Positions 12,791-23,792 of a DNA stretch of 64,000 nt are shown piece by piece. Below the pieces are notes generated by a model that did not search any database, had not been told where the DNA came from, and was given only the letters and a program-made list of their open reading frames with translations. The stretch covers positions 11,780,001 to 11,844,000 of the forward strand of contig NC_073405.1 in the NCBI RefSeq assembly GCF_028641065.1, given 5' to 3'. Both the position numbers and the translations under genes were made by a program. Numbering within the stretch: the first letter of the stretch is position 1; the number at the start of each line of letters is the position of its first letter. The stretch comes from Leucoraja erinacea. Its lineage: Eukaryota.

Positions 12791-12949
12791 GCGGAGGAGA
12801 CGGCGCTCCCGCTCATGTTCCTGCTCCTCTTCCTGCTCACCAGGCGCCGGGCCGACCTGGAGCACACCAGCCTGGGCCAGAGGAACGACGCGCGGCGCAG
12901 GCTGCGGATCAGGCAGTATTTCCAGCAGCGGCAACGCAAGATGATTCTG
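12788..12949 (+). CDS. Harbinger-transposase-derived (HARBI1/ALP1-like) gene, exon 1 (54 aa, MAEETALPLMFLLLFLLTRRR..RQRKMIL)
   Basis: Good Kozak context AACATGG; donor CTG|GTAGGG in phase 0 joins in frame to the acceptor at 13611-13612. A hydrophobic then Arg-rich N-terminus is typical of PIF/Harbinger transposases. Confidence 0.75.
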
Positions 12950-13612
12950 GTAGGGGTGGGAGGGGGGTGGAGCGACGCGGCGGTGGGGTTGCCCGGGTTA
13001 CGGTGGGAGAGAGGCGATGCCCGGGTTACCGGTGGGGGAGGGGGTTGGAATTGATATTCCTGATTACGGGACGATGGGGGTATTTCGGGAGGGGGGGAGG
13101 GGTAATGATCGATTTACGTGGAGGGGGAGTTGATGTGTAGGAAGTAACTGTAGATGCTGATTTACACCTCAGGGTGCAATGGTATTCAACATTATTTATT
13201 ATTTAAAAACCTTGTGGTTAAGTGAATTCACTGTGTACTGATTTTACAATGATATAAATGTTGATTAGTGGTGGTATTCCTATTCAATTATGTAACTTGG
13301 ATATTTTTCTTTCTCTGTAAAATATTGTCAGGACAAGTGGAGAGACCTTTGTTGCAGTTGGCTACACACCCTGTGACCTGAAGTAATTAATTCAAATATT
13401 GGGTGCCTGAAATGAAAAATGGTCAACATTCCCCTCTTGAATGCAATCATTTCCAAGATATTCCTTTGCATGCTGTGGTACTTCAAGGCAGGAACTAGCT
13501 GTAATGGCAAGTCCCTTTGCAATCTAACTTTTTTTTCATTTATTTTTTTTAATTAAATCCTATGGTAGTTCAGGATGTTTTAGTCCATTTGTGATGATTT
13601 CTTTGTTTTCAG

Positions 13613-14728
13613 ATGGTGATGGCACACGGAAATAGTAGCACTAACTGTCGCAAACGAATCTGGTGTAAGCCAAGAAGTTCAGACTGGTGGGAACGTGTGG
13701 TTTTGGATGAGTTTCAGCCAAACGATTGGCTTGAAAATTTCAGGATGTCTAAAGAAACATTTTTTCATGTCTGTAACAAACTGAAGCCCATGGTTTCTCG
13801 CCGAAACACCCACCTACGTCCAGCGCTACCCCTTGAGAAGAGAGTGGCAGTGGCGTTTTGGCGACTTGCTACTAATGTGGAATACAGAACAATTAGCCAT
13901 TTGTTTGGGATTGGCCGTTCAACTGTGTGTAAATGTGTAAGGGAGGTGTGCCATGCCATAGTGACCCTTTTAAAACCTCTGTATCTGAGTCTGCCTTCTG
14001 ATGATGGATTTGAAATGACGGCTCAGAGATTTGTAAGGAAGTGGAATTTCCCCCAGTGTGTTGGTGTGATCGACAGTTGCCACATACCCATCAGTGCCCC
14101 ACCACAATATCACAGAGATTTCTTAAATGGAAAAGGGTGGCATTCTGTTGTGTTACAAGGAGTGGTTGATGATACTGGGAAATTCTGGGATGTCTGCACT
14201 GGATCTTCTGGTAGTTCTCTTGATGCAAAAATTCTGAGGAACTCTGATCTGTGGACAACGGCTACTGAAAGAAGGTTGTTCCCTGACTGTTCAAAAAACA
14301 TTATAGGAACTCCAGTGAACTACCTCCTAATAGGCAGCTCTTCGTATCCACTGCAGGAATGGCTCCTGAAGCCCTATTCAGAAATGGAAGCACTAACGCC
14401 GCATCAGCTTGTGTTCAATTACACTTTGAGCCAGGCTCACGCCATAATAGACGACACGTTCGGACGGCTCAAAGCACGTTGGCAGTGTCTTCTCAAGAGG
14501 AATGACTGCAGCCTAGAACTGATCCCGACCATGATCACTGCCTGTTGCATTCTTCACAATGTCTGTGAGAAACATAACGATGGATTTAACAGTGAATGGC
14601 TGGGTGTTCTGGGCCAGGAGGAATTTCCTCAGCCAAACCAAATGGTGTCAGATAGAACTGTTGACAGCCAAGCAGAAGAGATCCGTGAGGCATTGTCTGT
14701 TTATTTTATGGGTCTGCATGAAAGATAG
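13613..14728 (+). CDS. Harbinger-transposase-derived gene, exon 2 (371 aa; DDE_Tnp_4-type fold; full protein 425 aa)
   Basis: Uninterrupted ORF with FRMSKETF, an HTH region (YRTISHLFGIGRSTV), FPQCVGVIDSCHIPI, FGRLKARWQCL and ACCILHNVC. Polypyrimidine tract and AG directly upstream; AATAAA at 14829 and 15096. Confidence 0.93.
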   Translation: MVMAHGNSSTNCRKRIWCKPRSSDWWERVVLDEFQPNDWLENFRMSKETFFHVCNKLKPMVSRRNTHLRPALPLEKRVAVAFWRLATNVEYRTISHLFGIGRSTVCKCVREVCHAIVTLLKPLYLSLPSDDGFEMTAQRFVRKWNFPQCVGVIDSCHIPISAPPQYHRDFLNGKGWHSVVLQGVVDDTGKFWDVCTGSSGSSLDAKILRNSDLWTTATERRLFPDCSKNIIGTPVNYLLIGSSSYPLQEWLLKPYSEMEALTPHQLVFNYTLSQAHAIIDDTFGRLKARWQCLLKRNDCSLELIPTMITACCILHNVCEKHNDGFNSEWLGVLGQEEFPQPNQMVSDRTVDSQAEEIREALSVYFMGLHER

Positions 14729-16184
14729 TTCTCTTAGTTGTAAAATTTTTAGAAATTGTAAATAATATGATTTTTCACTAGCTATGTGAATACGAATGTC
14801 TTGATATTGTGGTACGATATGTCATTATAATAAAACTGTATGCCTCATGGTTATTAAATGAAAATGAAATACACTAAACAATTATTTGGTTAAATACAGC
14901 TGCTGCTAGCTCAGTAGTAGATTTATTTATTTAGTTCCAAGCATGAGAAAGAAATTGAGAAGGGAAAGTGAGTGTTTTGATTGATGTCTAGATCTCATCA
15001 TGCAGTGGTGCAAGACATGACTTGTATTTTCTATTTTCTATAATCATTATTAGTAATTTTCTGATATGATACTTGAGCATATATTTTCATTGTAGAATAA
15101 AGAAAATAGCTTGAATAGTATTGAATATCTCACTAGTGAATTCAATAATACAGCATGGAAACAAGCCTTTTAGCGCAATGACACATCATGTATCATTTTT
15201 TTTAAAGTAAATGAGATATTTAACTGGGTTTTTAAATAACGAATAAGGTAGACCTTTAAATGTGGGTCAAGAGGTTATGGGGAGAAGGCAGGAAAATGGG
15301 GTTAAGAGGGGAAGATAGATCAGCCATGATTGAATTTTGGAGTAGACTTGATGGGCCGATTGGCCTAATTCTGCTTCTATCGCTTTTATGAACTACATAA
15401 ACTGCAAATGACCCGCTGAGTTACTTCAGCACTTTGTGTCTATCTTTGGTATAAATCAACATCTGCAGTTCTTTGTTCCTACATCTTTAACCAAATTTTT
15501 TTTAAACAATGAACAAGTCATCTGAAGAAGGGTCTCGACCAGAAAAGTCACCCAAGAGTCAAGAGTCAAGAGTCAATTTAATTGTCATTTGGACCCCTAG
15601 AGGTCCAAACGAAATGCCGTTTCTGCAGCCATACATTACACACAAATAGACCCAGACACAACATAAATGCATAAACATCCATCACATAGCTGTGATGGAA
15701 GGCCTTCCCACCACTGCACTCTCCCCCCCCCCCCCCCCCCCCGATGTCAGAGTCCTCGATGTCAGAACCCATTCCTTCGCTGCCTGTCCCGCTGAGTTAC
15801 TCCAACATTTTTTGCCGATCTGCAGTTCCTTCCCACACGAGTCGTCTTTAACCTTTTTTTTAAGTGAATCGGGTACATCTTTAACTATGCGTTTTTAAAC
15901 ATGGAACGAGATACATCACTAACCATGGATATGTAAACACATTTTAAACTGAACATTGACTGGAATGTAATTTAATGGATGTGTGAACATGGTTTAAACT
16001 GAGATGCAACATTATGAATTTGTAAAGTAAGTTTAAACATTGAGAAACAACTTCATGGATTTGTAAACAAGTTTTAAACATTGACAGGGTAACAAATTTA
16101 AATGGGTTTTAAGATTTGTGGACAACTTTAAACACTGAAGGAGTTGATTCGGTCACTTTCTCCCACGGCCCTCCCTCCCGAAGG

Positions 16185-16275
16185 CCCACAGCACGTGACT
16201 GAGCTCTGATTGGCTGCTGACCGCGGTGGGGGCGTGGCGTGGGTGACGTGCCCCCGGACGGGGTGGAAGATGGCG
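16185..16275 (+). promoter_or_regulatory. DOHH proximal promoter
   Basis: E-box CACGTGAC 16192-16199, inverted CCAAT (CTGATTGGC) 16206-16214, GC box GGGGGCGTGGC 16228-16238, TGACGT, and YY1-like AAGATGGCGG overlapping the ATG; CpG-rich. Confidence 0.75.
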
Positions 16276-16543
16276 GACGACAAGGTGGTGGAGGCGGTCG
16301 GCAAGGTGCTGGTGGACGCGTCGAGGCCGCTGAAGGAGCGGTTCCGGGCGCTCTTCACCCTCCGCAACCTGGGCGGCGCGTTGGCCATCGAGTGGATCTC
16401 GAAGGGTTTCTCGGACGAGTCGGCGCTGCTGAAGCACGAGCTGGCCTACTGCCTGGGTCAGATGCAGGACGAGCGCGCCATCCCCGTGCTCCGGCGGTTG
16501 CTGCACGACCGCGGCCAAGAGCCCATGGTCCGGCACGAAGCAG
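16270..16543 (+). CDS. DOHH: Deoxyhypusine hydroxylase, exon 1
   Basis: [52 protein letters not shown]; 274 nt; donor G|GTGGGG. Confidence 0.97.
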
Positions 16544-17342
16544 GTGGGGACCCGGGTCACGGCACCATGGGCTGCTGGGGACACAAGAGACTGTGGCTAA
16601 AAGGAATCCCGAGCAAAGCACAAAGTGCTAAAGACTCGCTGGGTCAGGCAGGATCTGTGGAGGGAGTGTGTAGGAAGGAGCTGGTTTAAACCGAAGATAG
16701 GCACAAAAAGCTATAGTCATTCAGGGAGACCTGACAGGCACAAAAGGTTGGAGTAATTCAGCGGGAGTGAAGCATCTCTGGAGAAAAGGACTAGACGTTT
16801 CAGGTTGAAACCCTTCTTCAGATTGAGAGTCGGGGAGAGGGAAACTAGATGTGTGAAATGGTACAGGGAATAAATCAATGAAAGGTATACAACATGACAA
16901 TAAAGCCAGCAATGATGATCAAGGAATAGTGGAGCCCTCAGTAGGTATTGTTGGCTGTGGGAAAGGTGACAATGAGTAATATAAACTGAATCTCAGCAGG
17001 ACAACAGCGAAACTAGTATGCTGACTTGGATGGGGGAGGAATGAAGAGAGAAGCAAGGGTTACTTGAAGTTGGAGAAATCAACATTCATACCGCAGGGTT
17101 ATAAGAGAAGATAGACCCAAAAAGCTGCAGTAACTCAGCACATCAGACAGCATCTCTGGAGAAAAGGAAAAGGAATTTTGTGTCGAGACACTTCTTCTGA
17201 AACGTGACCTATTTTCTCCAGAGATGCTGTCTGACCTGCTGAGTTCTAGTTTCGCTGTTGTCCTGCTGAGTTCCAACTTTTTGTGGCTATCTTCAGTTTA
17301 AACCAGCTTCTGCAGTTCCTTCATACACATTGCTGGGTTATA

Positions 17343-18056
17343 GGGTGATTTCACGAAAGGTCACTGGAGCGTAGATCCGCAGCCACGTGACCGAAAATCT
17401 CAACTGGAGTACATGTTATACATCGGTACATGTTAGTGAATGGGAAAACACGCACTTTCCCACCCGTTAAAAACATGGAAAACGGCCGATATTTGGGCTG
17501 AAATTTTCTGTGCTAGTCGGAGTGACCGTGAAGCACAGCGACCTAAATTTTCAGGCAAAAAAAAAGATAGCAAGTAAGGTAATTACAAGAGGGAACTGAA
17601 GGTGGCAAAACAGCGGAAGTGCTTAGCAGACATTTGCCATGGAGATTTAAAGATCCAAAATATCGGGAATTATCGCGTTTGCTCGCTGAATTTCATCAAA
17701 AGTAAGGCATTATTAACTTGCTTTTGATGAAATTCTGCGAGCAAACGCGATAATTCCCGATATTTTGGATCTTTAAATCTCCGCGGCAAGTGTCTCCACC
17801 TTCAGTTCCCTCTTGTAATTACCTTACTTTCTGGTTTTTTTTGCCTGAAAATTTAGGTCGCTGTGCTTCACGGTCACCCCGACTGGCACAGAAAATTTCA
17901 GCTCAAATATCGTCCGTTTTCCATGTTTTTAACGGGTGGGAAAGTGCGTGTTTTCCCATTCATTAACATGTACTGATGTATAACATGTACTCCAGTTGAG
18001 ATTTTCGGTCACGTGGGTGCGGATCTACGCTCCGGTGACCTTTCGTGAAATCACCC
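17343..18056. mobile_element. Foldback non-autonomous DNA transposon (near-perfect palindrome of about 714 bp) in DOHH intron 1
   Basis: Begins GGGTGATTTCACGAAAGGTCAC and ends GTGACCTTTCGTGAAATCACCC. Arms are complementary up to a short spacer near 17705-17718; flanked by TATA on both sides. Confidence 0.92.
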
Positions 18057-18337
18057 TATAAACTGTCCAAGCTAAATATGTAGATGGAGGAATTTGGATT
18101 AGAGGATAGAGTCTTTGCAGGAAACAGGTTGGGTTGAAGTGTCTAGATAGTTGTGGGAGAGTCAATATTTTTAAAATAGATGTCAGTCGATATTCTATCT
18201 TCTGTGATGGAAACGGTGAGATCAAGAAAGTGGGGGGGAGATGATGGAGATGGACCACGATGAGTTGTACTACCGCACATTCAAATTATTTATTTTCCTG
18301 AATTCTGATTTTTGTTTTTGTCACAATATTATTTCAG

Positions 18338-18414
18338 GCGAGGCGTTGGGAGCTATTGGGAAACCAGAGGTCCTTGAAATGTTGAGAAACTACTCAAGTG
18401 ATCCAGTCATAGAA
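18338..18414 (+). CDS. DOHH: DOHH exon 2 (GEALGAIGKPEVLEMLRNYSSDPVIE)
   Basis: tttcAG| ... |GTAAGA; 77 nt; frame-consistent. Confidence 0.96.
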
Positions 18415-18851
18415 GTAAGATTATCTTAACTTAATTTTACAGATCCACATTTTAATATTCAGTGAATTAGGTATGCCTGCTTGCATTACTTTAAAAGGTT
18501 TGAACGACAATACTCTTTTAAGGAGGAAATTGATTTGTTGATAAATTTGTTATTCATATTTTCACTTTCACAAAAGCAGCAGATGTAGATTACTATGTTA
18601 AATTAGTTAAAATAAAATCCAATTGTACCGAAGCTTCATTAGTTAACTATATAGTTCCTTTTTGTATAGAATGTATAATCGTGTGATTATTTTCTCCCAC
18701 TCAATGGGATTTTGGTGTAATTTCAGAACTCTAACTTGCCATTGCGTTATGCTTGCAGCCTTTCAGTTACCTTTCCTAGATCCAACTGGTTATAAAAATG
18801 GCAGGCAACACAAATGGCTTTCTTCCCACCCTAACCCTCAAAGTGAACTAT

Positions 18852-19640
18852 GTAGGAAAGAACTGCAGATGCTGGTTGAAATCAAAGGTAGATACAAAAT
18901 GTTGGAATAACAGCGGGACAGGCAGCATCTCTGGAGAGAAGGAATGGGTGATGTTTCTGGTCGAGCCCCTTCTTCAGACTGATGTCAGGAGAGTAGGCGG
19001 GACAGAGATAGAATGTAGTCGGAGACAGTAAGACTGGTGGGAGAACTGGGAAGGGGGAGGGATGGAGAGAGAGGGAAACCAAGGGCTATTTGAAGTTGGA
19101 GAAGTTAATGTTCATACTGTTGGGGGGGGTATAAGCTACCCAAGCAAAATATGAGGTGCTGCTTCCTCCAATTTGCCCTCCAATGGTTTGGCATCCAAAG
19201 GATGCCCAGGACAGAAAGGTCAGATTGGGAGGGGGAGTTAAAGTGCTGAGCAACCGGGAGATCAGGTAGGTTAAGGCGGACTAAGAGGAGGTGTTCAGCG
19301 AAACGATCGCCGAGCCTGTGCTTCGTCTCACCGATGTATGGGCGTTGACACCCCGAACAGCGGATACAGCAGAAGAGGTTGGAGTAGGTGCAAGTGAACC
19401 TGTGCCTCACCTGAAGAGACTGTTGGGGTCCTTGGATGGAGTCGAAGGGGGAGGTAAAGGGACATCTCCTGCAGTTGCAGGGGAAAATACCTGGGGAGGG
19501 GGTGGTTTGGGTGGGAAGGGACGAGTTGACCAGGGAGCTGTGGAGGGAAAGGTCTCTGGGGAAAGCAGAAAGGGGTGGAGATGGGAAGATGTGCCTGTAG
19601 TGGGGTCCCGTTGAAGGTGGCAAAAGTGTTGGAGGAATAT
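18852..19640 (-). mobile_element. Penelope-like element 3' fragment (GIY-YIG domain and pLTR)
   Basis: Minus ORF 19105..19623 contains CIRCSGCQRPYIGETKHRLGDRFAEH; homologous to 48370-49100. Confidence 0.85.
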
Positions 19641-19642
19641 AT

Positions 19643-20650
19643 GCTGGGTGCTGGGACCCCAGCTATTTACAATATATATTAATGATCTGGATGAGGGAAT
19701 TGAAGGCAATATCTCCAAGTTTGCGGATGACACTAAGCTGGGGGGGCAGTGTTAGCTGTGAGGAGGATGCTAGGAGACTGCAAGGTGACTTGGATAGGCT
19801 GGGTGAGTGGGCAAATGTTTGGCAGATGCAGTATAATGTGGATAAATGTGAGGTTATCCATTTTGGTGGCAAAAACAGGAAAGCAGACTATTATCTAAAT
19901 GGTGGCCGACTAGGAAAAGGGGAGATGCAGCAAGACCTGGGTGTCATGGTACACCAGTCATTGAAAGTAGGCATGCAGGTGCAGCAGGCAGTGAAGAAAG
20001 CAAATGGTATGTTAGCTTTCATAGCAAAAGGATTTGAGTATAGGAGCAGGGAGGTTCTACTGCAGTTGTACAGGGTCTTGGTGAGACCACACCTGGATTA
20101 TTGCGTACAGTTTTGGTCTTCAAATCTGAGGAAGGACATTATTGCCATAGAGGGAGTGCAGAGAAGGTTCACCAGACTGATTCCTGGGATGCCAGGACTG
20201 TCTTATGAAGAAAGACTGGATAGACTTGGTTTATACTCTCTAGAATTTAGGAGATTGAGAGGGGATCTTATAGAAACGTACAAAATTCTTAAGGGGTTGG
20301 ACAGGCTAGATGCAGGAAGATTGTTCCCGATGTTGGGGAAGTCCAGGAAAAGGGGACACAGCTTAAGGATAAGGGAGAAATCCTTTAAAACCGAGATGAG
20401 AAGAACTTTTTTCACACAGAGAGTGGTGAATCTCTGGAACTCTCTGCCACAGAGGGTAGTCGAGGCCAGTTCATTGGCTATATTTAAGAAGGAGTTAGAT
20501 GTGGCCCTTGTGGCTAAGGGGATCAGAGGGTATGGAGAGAAGGCAGGTACGGGATACTGAGTTGGATGATCAGCCATTATCATATTGAATGGCGGTGCAG
20601 ACTCGAAGGGCCGAATGGCCTACTCCTGCACCTAATTTCTATGTTTCTAT
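19643..20650 (+). mobile_element. CR1 LINE, 5'-truncated, nested in the Penelope fragment
   Basis: [20 protein letters not shown] region followed by an open ORF to 20560, then a 3'UTR ending (TTCTATG)n. Confidence 0.92.
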
Positions 20651-20980
20651 GCTGTATGCGGTCCTTGTTGCGAATGGGGGGGGGGAAGGTAAGGGCCTCA
20701 TCTATAATGGAAGAGGGATTTACCAAAGAATGCGGACATCTCCGATGATCTAGTATGGAGAACCTCATCCTGGGCGCGGATGCGGCGTAGACAGAGGAAT
20801 TGGGAGGATGGTATAGAGTCTTTACAGGAAGCTGAGTGGGAAGAAGTATAGTTTGGATAGTTATGGGAATCAGTGGGTTTGTAGTAGATGTCGGCCAATA
20901 GATCCAGAAACGGTAGGGAGATGTTGGAGATGGTCCAAATGAATTTGAGTGCAGGATGGAAATTAGTCGTGAAGTTGGTA
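20650..20980 (-). mobile_element. Continuation of the Penelope-like element (RT C-terminal region)
   Basis: TTNFHPALKFIWTIS..LPFLDL..YYKPTDSHNY (minus ORF 20698..21114), homologous to 47920-48200. Confidence 0.8.
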
Positions 20981-21030
20981 CCTACCCTCAAAGAAAAGTT
21001 TTGTTTTCCAGCTTGTGACTGCCGATAAAT

Positions 21031-21157
21031 TGATCTATAGACATTAAGACTGGTTTCATTAATTCCTGTTAATTTGGTCAAATCTGGTGCTGGTTTCTGG
21101 CTTTGATTTGTCATGTTGCCAGGAATTAATGAAACCAGCCTTAATGTCTAGAGATCA
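21031..21157. repeat. Inverted repeat with 38-bp arms (2 mismatches) and a 51-nt spacer
   Basis: TGATCTATAGACATTAAGACTGGTTTCATTAATTCCTG ... CAGGAATTAATGAAACCAGCCTTAATGTCTAGAGATCA. Confidence 0.85.
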
Positions 21158-21374
21158 CCTATTAGTGGAGGTGAGGATTCTTCAATTCCCTGCAAATCCA
21201 TGTGCCTATCAAAAGGCCCCTTAAGTGCCACTATCATATCTGCCTCCACCACCACCCCAAGCAGCTGGTTCCAGACACCCACCAGCATCTGTGTGCATCT
21301 GTTGCACATCTCCTTTAAACTTTTCCACTCTCATCTTAAAGCTATGTCCTCTAGTCTGACATTTCCATTTGAAA

Positions 21375-21526
21375 ACCATGTATCATTTTCCTTCCACTTC
21401 ACAATTATGCGCCACTTTGTGTTGGGCTATCACATAAAATCCCAATAAAATACATTTACATTTGTGGTTGCAACGTGACAAAATGTGGAAAAGTTCAAGG
21501 GGTATGAATACTTTTGCAAGCCACTG
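21375..21526 (+). mobile_element. Tc1-like transposon right terminal fragment
   Basis: Ends GGGGTATGAATACTTTTGCAAGCCACTG followed by TA, the terminus pattern of fish and amphibian Tc1 elements. Confidence 0.75.
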
Positions 21527-23557
21527 TATGTTTATCAGGTTTCCCCTCAGCTTTTAGTGTTCTAGATTGGGCTGACTCACTGGTCTGGATTACTTAGTTC
21601 ACTGGTTTACCTCCTTTTTGAACATGAACTCCACTTCACTTTTATAAGAAATATATCACCTCAGAAACATCTGCATTATGATGGATTGTGGTTGTCCCAG
21701 GTCTGCTGACAACCTCAGACGAGGGTAGCTGGCATGCTGAATATTTAGTGGGGGGGGTGGGTTGTGACCTTTCAGACTAAATTGCCTCTTACTGAAGCCT
21801 CATCTTCCCCATGTTTCCGGTTCCGGCGCTGTGCACACGGCAGCCAGCCAACAGTTGATAGCTATCAAACTTTACTACTCCTCCCCCTTCTGTCGTGGGG
21901 TAGACTGAGACTGACTGACACCCTCCCCAATCTTTGCACATCCCCCAAGCCTTTCCACTCGTCACTTTACTTTCATGTTTCATGTGTTTTGTGTTTTTAT
22001 GACAGTTGGCAGATCAATTTCCCTCCTGGGATAAATAAAGTTGTATGGTATTGTAGATAATCTCTGGTATCTGCCAGACTGGGCCCTATTTCCCAGGTTG
22101 TCAATTCCTAATGCAGTATAAATCAGTCATTTTGCTGCATTCTCACCTTGTCTGTGGCATTCTATTGATGTTGGTCTAACATTTATCACAGTTTGCGACT
22201 GGTTTAAAAAAAAACGGAGCTGAGTAGAAATTATTAGACAAAACGTGCCCTTCTGCCACTCTGTTGCACACTGCCACTCCTTCACAGCCTGTCCTGTGAC
22301 CTCCAATGAAATTTTCTACCTAATAGCAATGTATTTGGTTTTTAAATGGCCTTTAAAAATGTCAACCAGATTTGTTTGATTTATTAGTACAGAGCTGAGT
22401 TAAAAGCCATCTGCTTTTTCTTTCTGCCTGGGGACTTGGGTTTCTCTGGTTTGGTTCCAGATGCAGGAAATAAGGATCCTGATCTGTGCTCAGTTCAGTG
22501 AGTTCAGCTTTATGATGTGTCAGAGACCATAGGACACTACAATTGACCTTAAATCAGTGAGAGAAAATATAGTTAAGCCTGCATTCTGATTTCTCAACCC
22601 TATCCAGAGACTGCAATGCAGCATTGATATGTCAAATTTGAATTATTTATGTTCAGTATTTCGTATTCAACATTCAGAACAATCTTCAAAAGGTGTAGCT
22701 GGTCAAAATGATGCAACAAGTTCTCCAGAACTTGGAAAAACATTACTAAGTGTTATTCACTTATCTTTTCATTGCAACAGTAGCAACATTTTTTTGATAG
22801 TATCATGGCTTTCTAAACAATAGCCGTAATACGAGTTATCAGGAAATTGTTCTTTCACAACTCAGTCATAAACTGCAGTAATCATTAAGTAGTTGGCTGA
22901 GCTGTGCCCAACTCCAAGCCTCAGTAATATGGGTTTCAAATATAAGAAGAGAAATTGAAGGCACATTTTGGATGATATGAATAGATTTCAGTTGAATTCT
23001 TGTCTGCTTTGGTTGAATTAATAATCCATGATAAACCTTCAATTTAGATTCTCAGATAGCACTGTGTGCAATGTGTAGGGGAGGGGGGTGGTGATGGAAA
23101 GAAAATGGGTTGCAAGAGTGTCTACAAATCATATTTCTGTTCAGTTGCTATTGCTCAATAAAAAGATGCTGAGTTTATCTGACGTGTCTGCAGCAGTTCC
23201 CGACTCACGAGAAGTTGTCTGTCCGTTTCCCTCTACATATGCTGCTTGACCCACTCAGTTCCTCCTGCACTGTATTTTGCTGATGATTTTTATATTGGTG
23301 AAAAAAATAAAAATGCCAGACTTCAGTTTAGAAGATGGTGTCAATCTCTTTTGTAGTTCTGTTACTATTGTTGAATGAAGTGACAGCCCATGAAGTATTA
23401 TACTCCAAGGATCAACAAGGTGTTGAAAGCCATGGCAGGTGAAAGTAATGGAATCTGAATTGAAGCATGGAACTGTGGTTTTAATTTACTTTGGAATGTA
23501 TGTAGTTGTCAAATGCTTTTAAAAAGATTAATTAGCGTATTGTATTCATTTTTTTAG

Positions 23558-23792
23558 GTGGCTGAAACGTGCCAGCTTGCAGTTAAACGGATTGAATGGC
23601 TACAGAACAACAAAGACCTCAGCGGAAGCCAATACTGTTCAATTGACCCTGCTCCCCCATCTCCAGAGAAAGACATTCAAAAATTGAGGGAAACTCTGCT
23701 GGATGAATCCTTGCCCTTGTTCGACAGATACAGAGCTATGTTTGCCCTTCGTAATATTGGAACTAAAGAAGCAGTCCTGACTTTAGGCGATG
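23558..23792 (+). CDS. DOHH: DOHH exon 3 (VAETCQLAVKRIEW..SIDPAPP..LFDRYRAMFALRNIG..LGD)
   Basis: ttttttAG| ... G|GTATGA; 235 nt; frame-consistent. Confidence 0.96.

Noticed and set aside
12254-13054. 266-aa ORF spanning the CpG island
   Set aside because: Only 12788-12949 is supported (Kozak context, donor, in-frame join). The rest is GC-rich promoter and intron that is open by chance.
13613-14728. Calling the gene HARBI1, or an active Harbinger transposon
   Set aside because: It has family-level motifs only and I do not recognise it as the HARBI1 orthologue. There are no TIRs or partner ORF and the acidic catalytic residues are altered, so no symbol was assigned.
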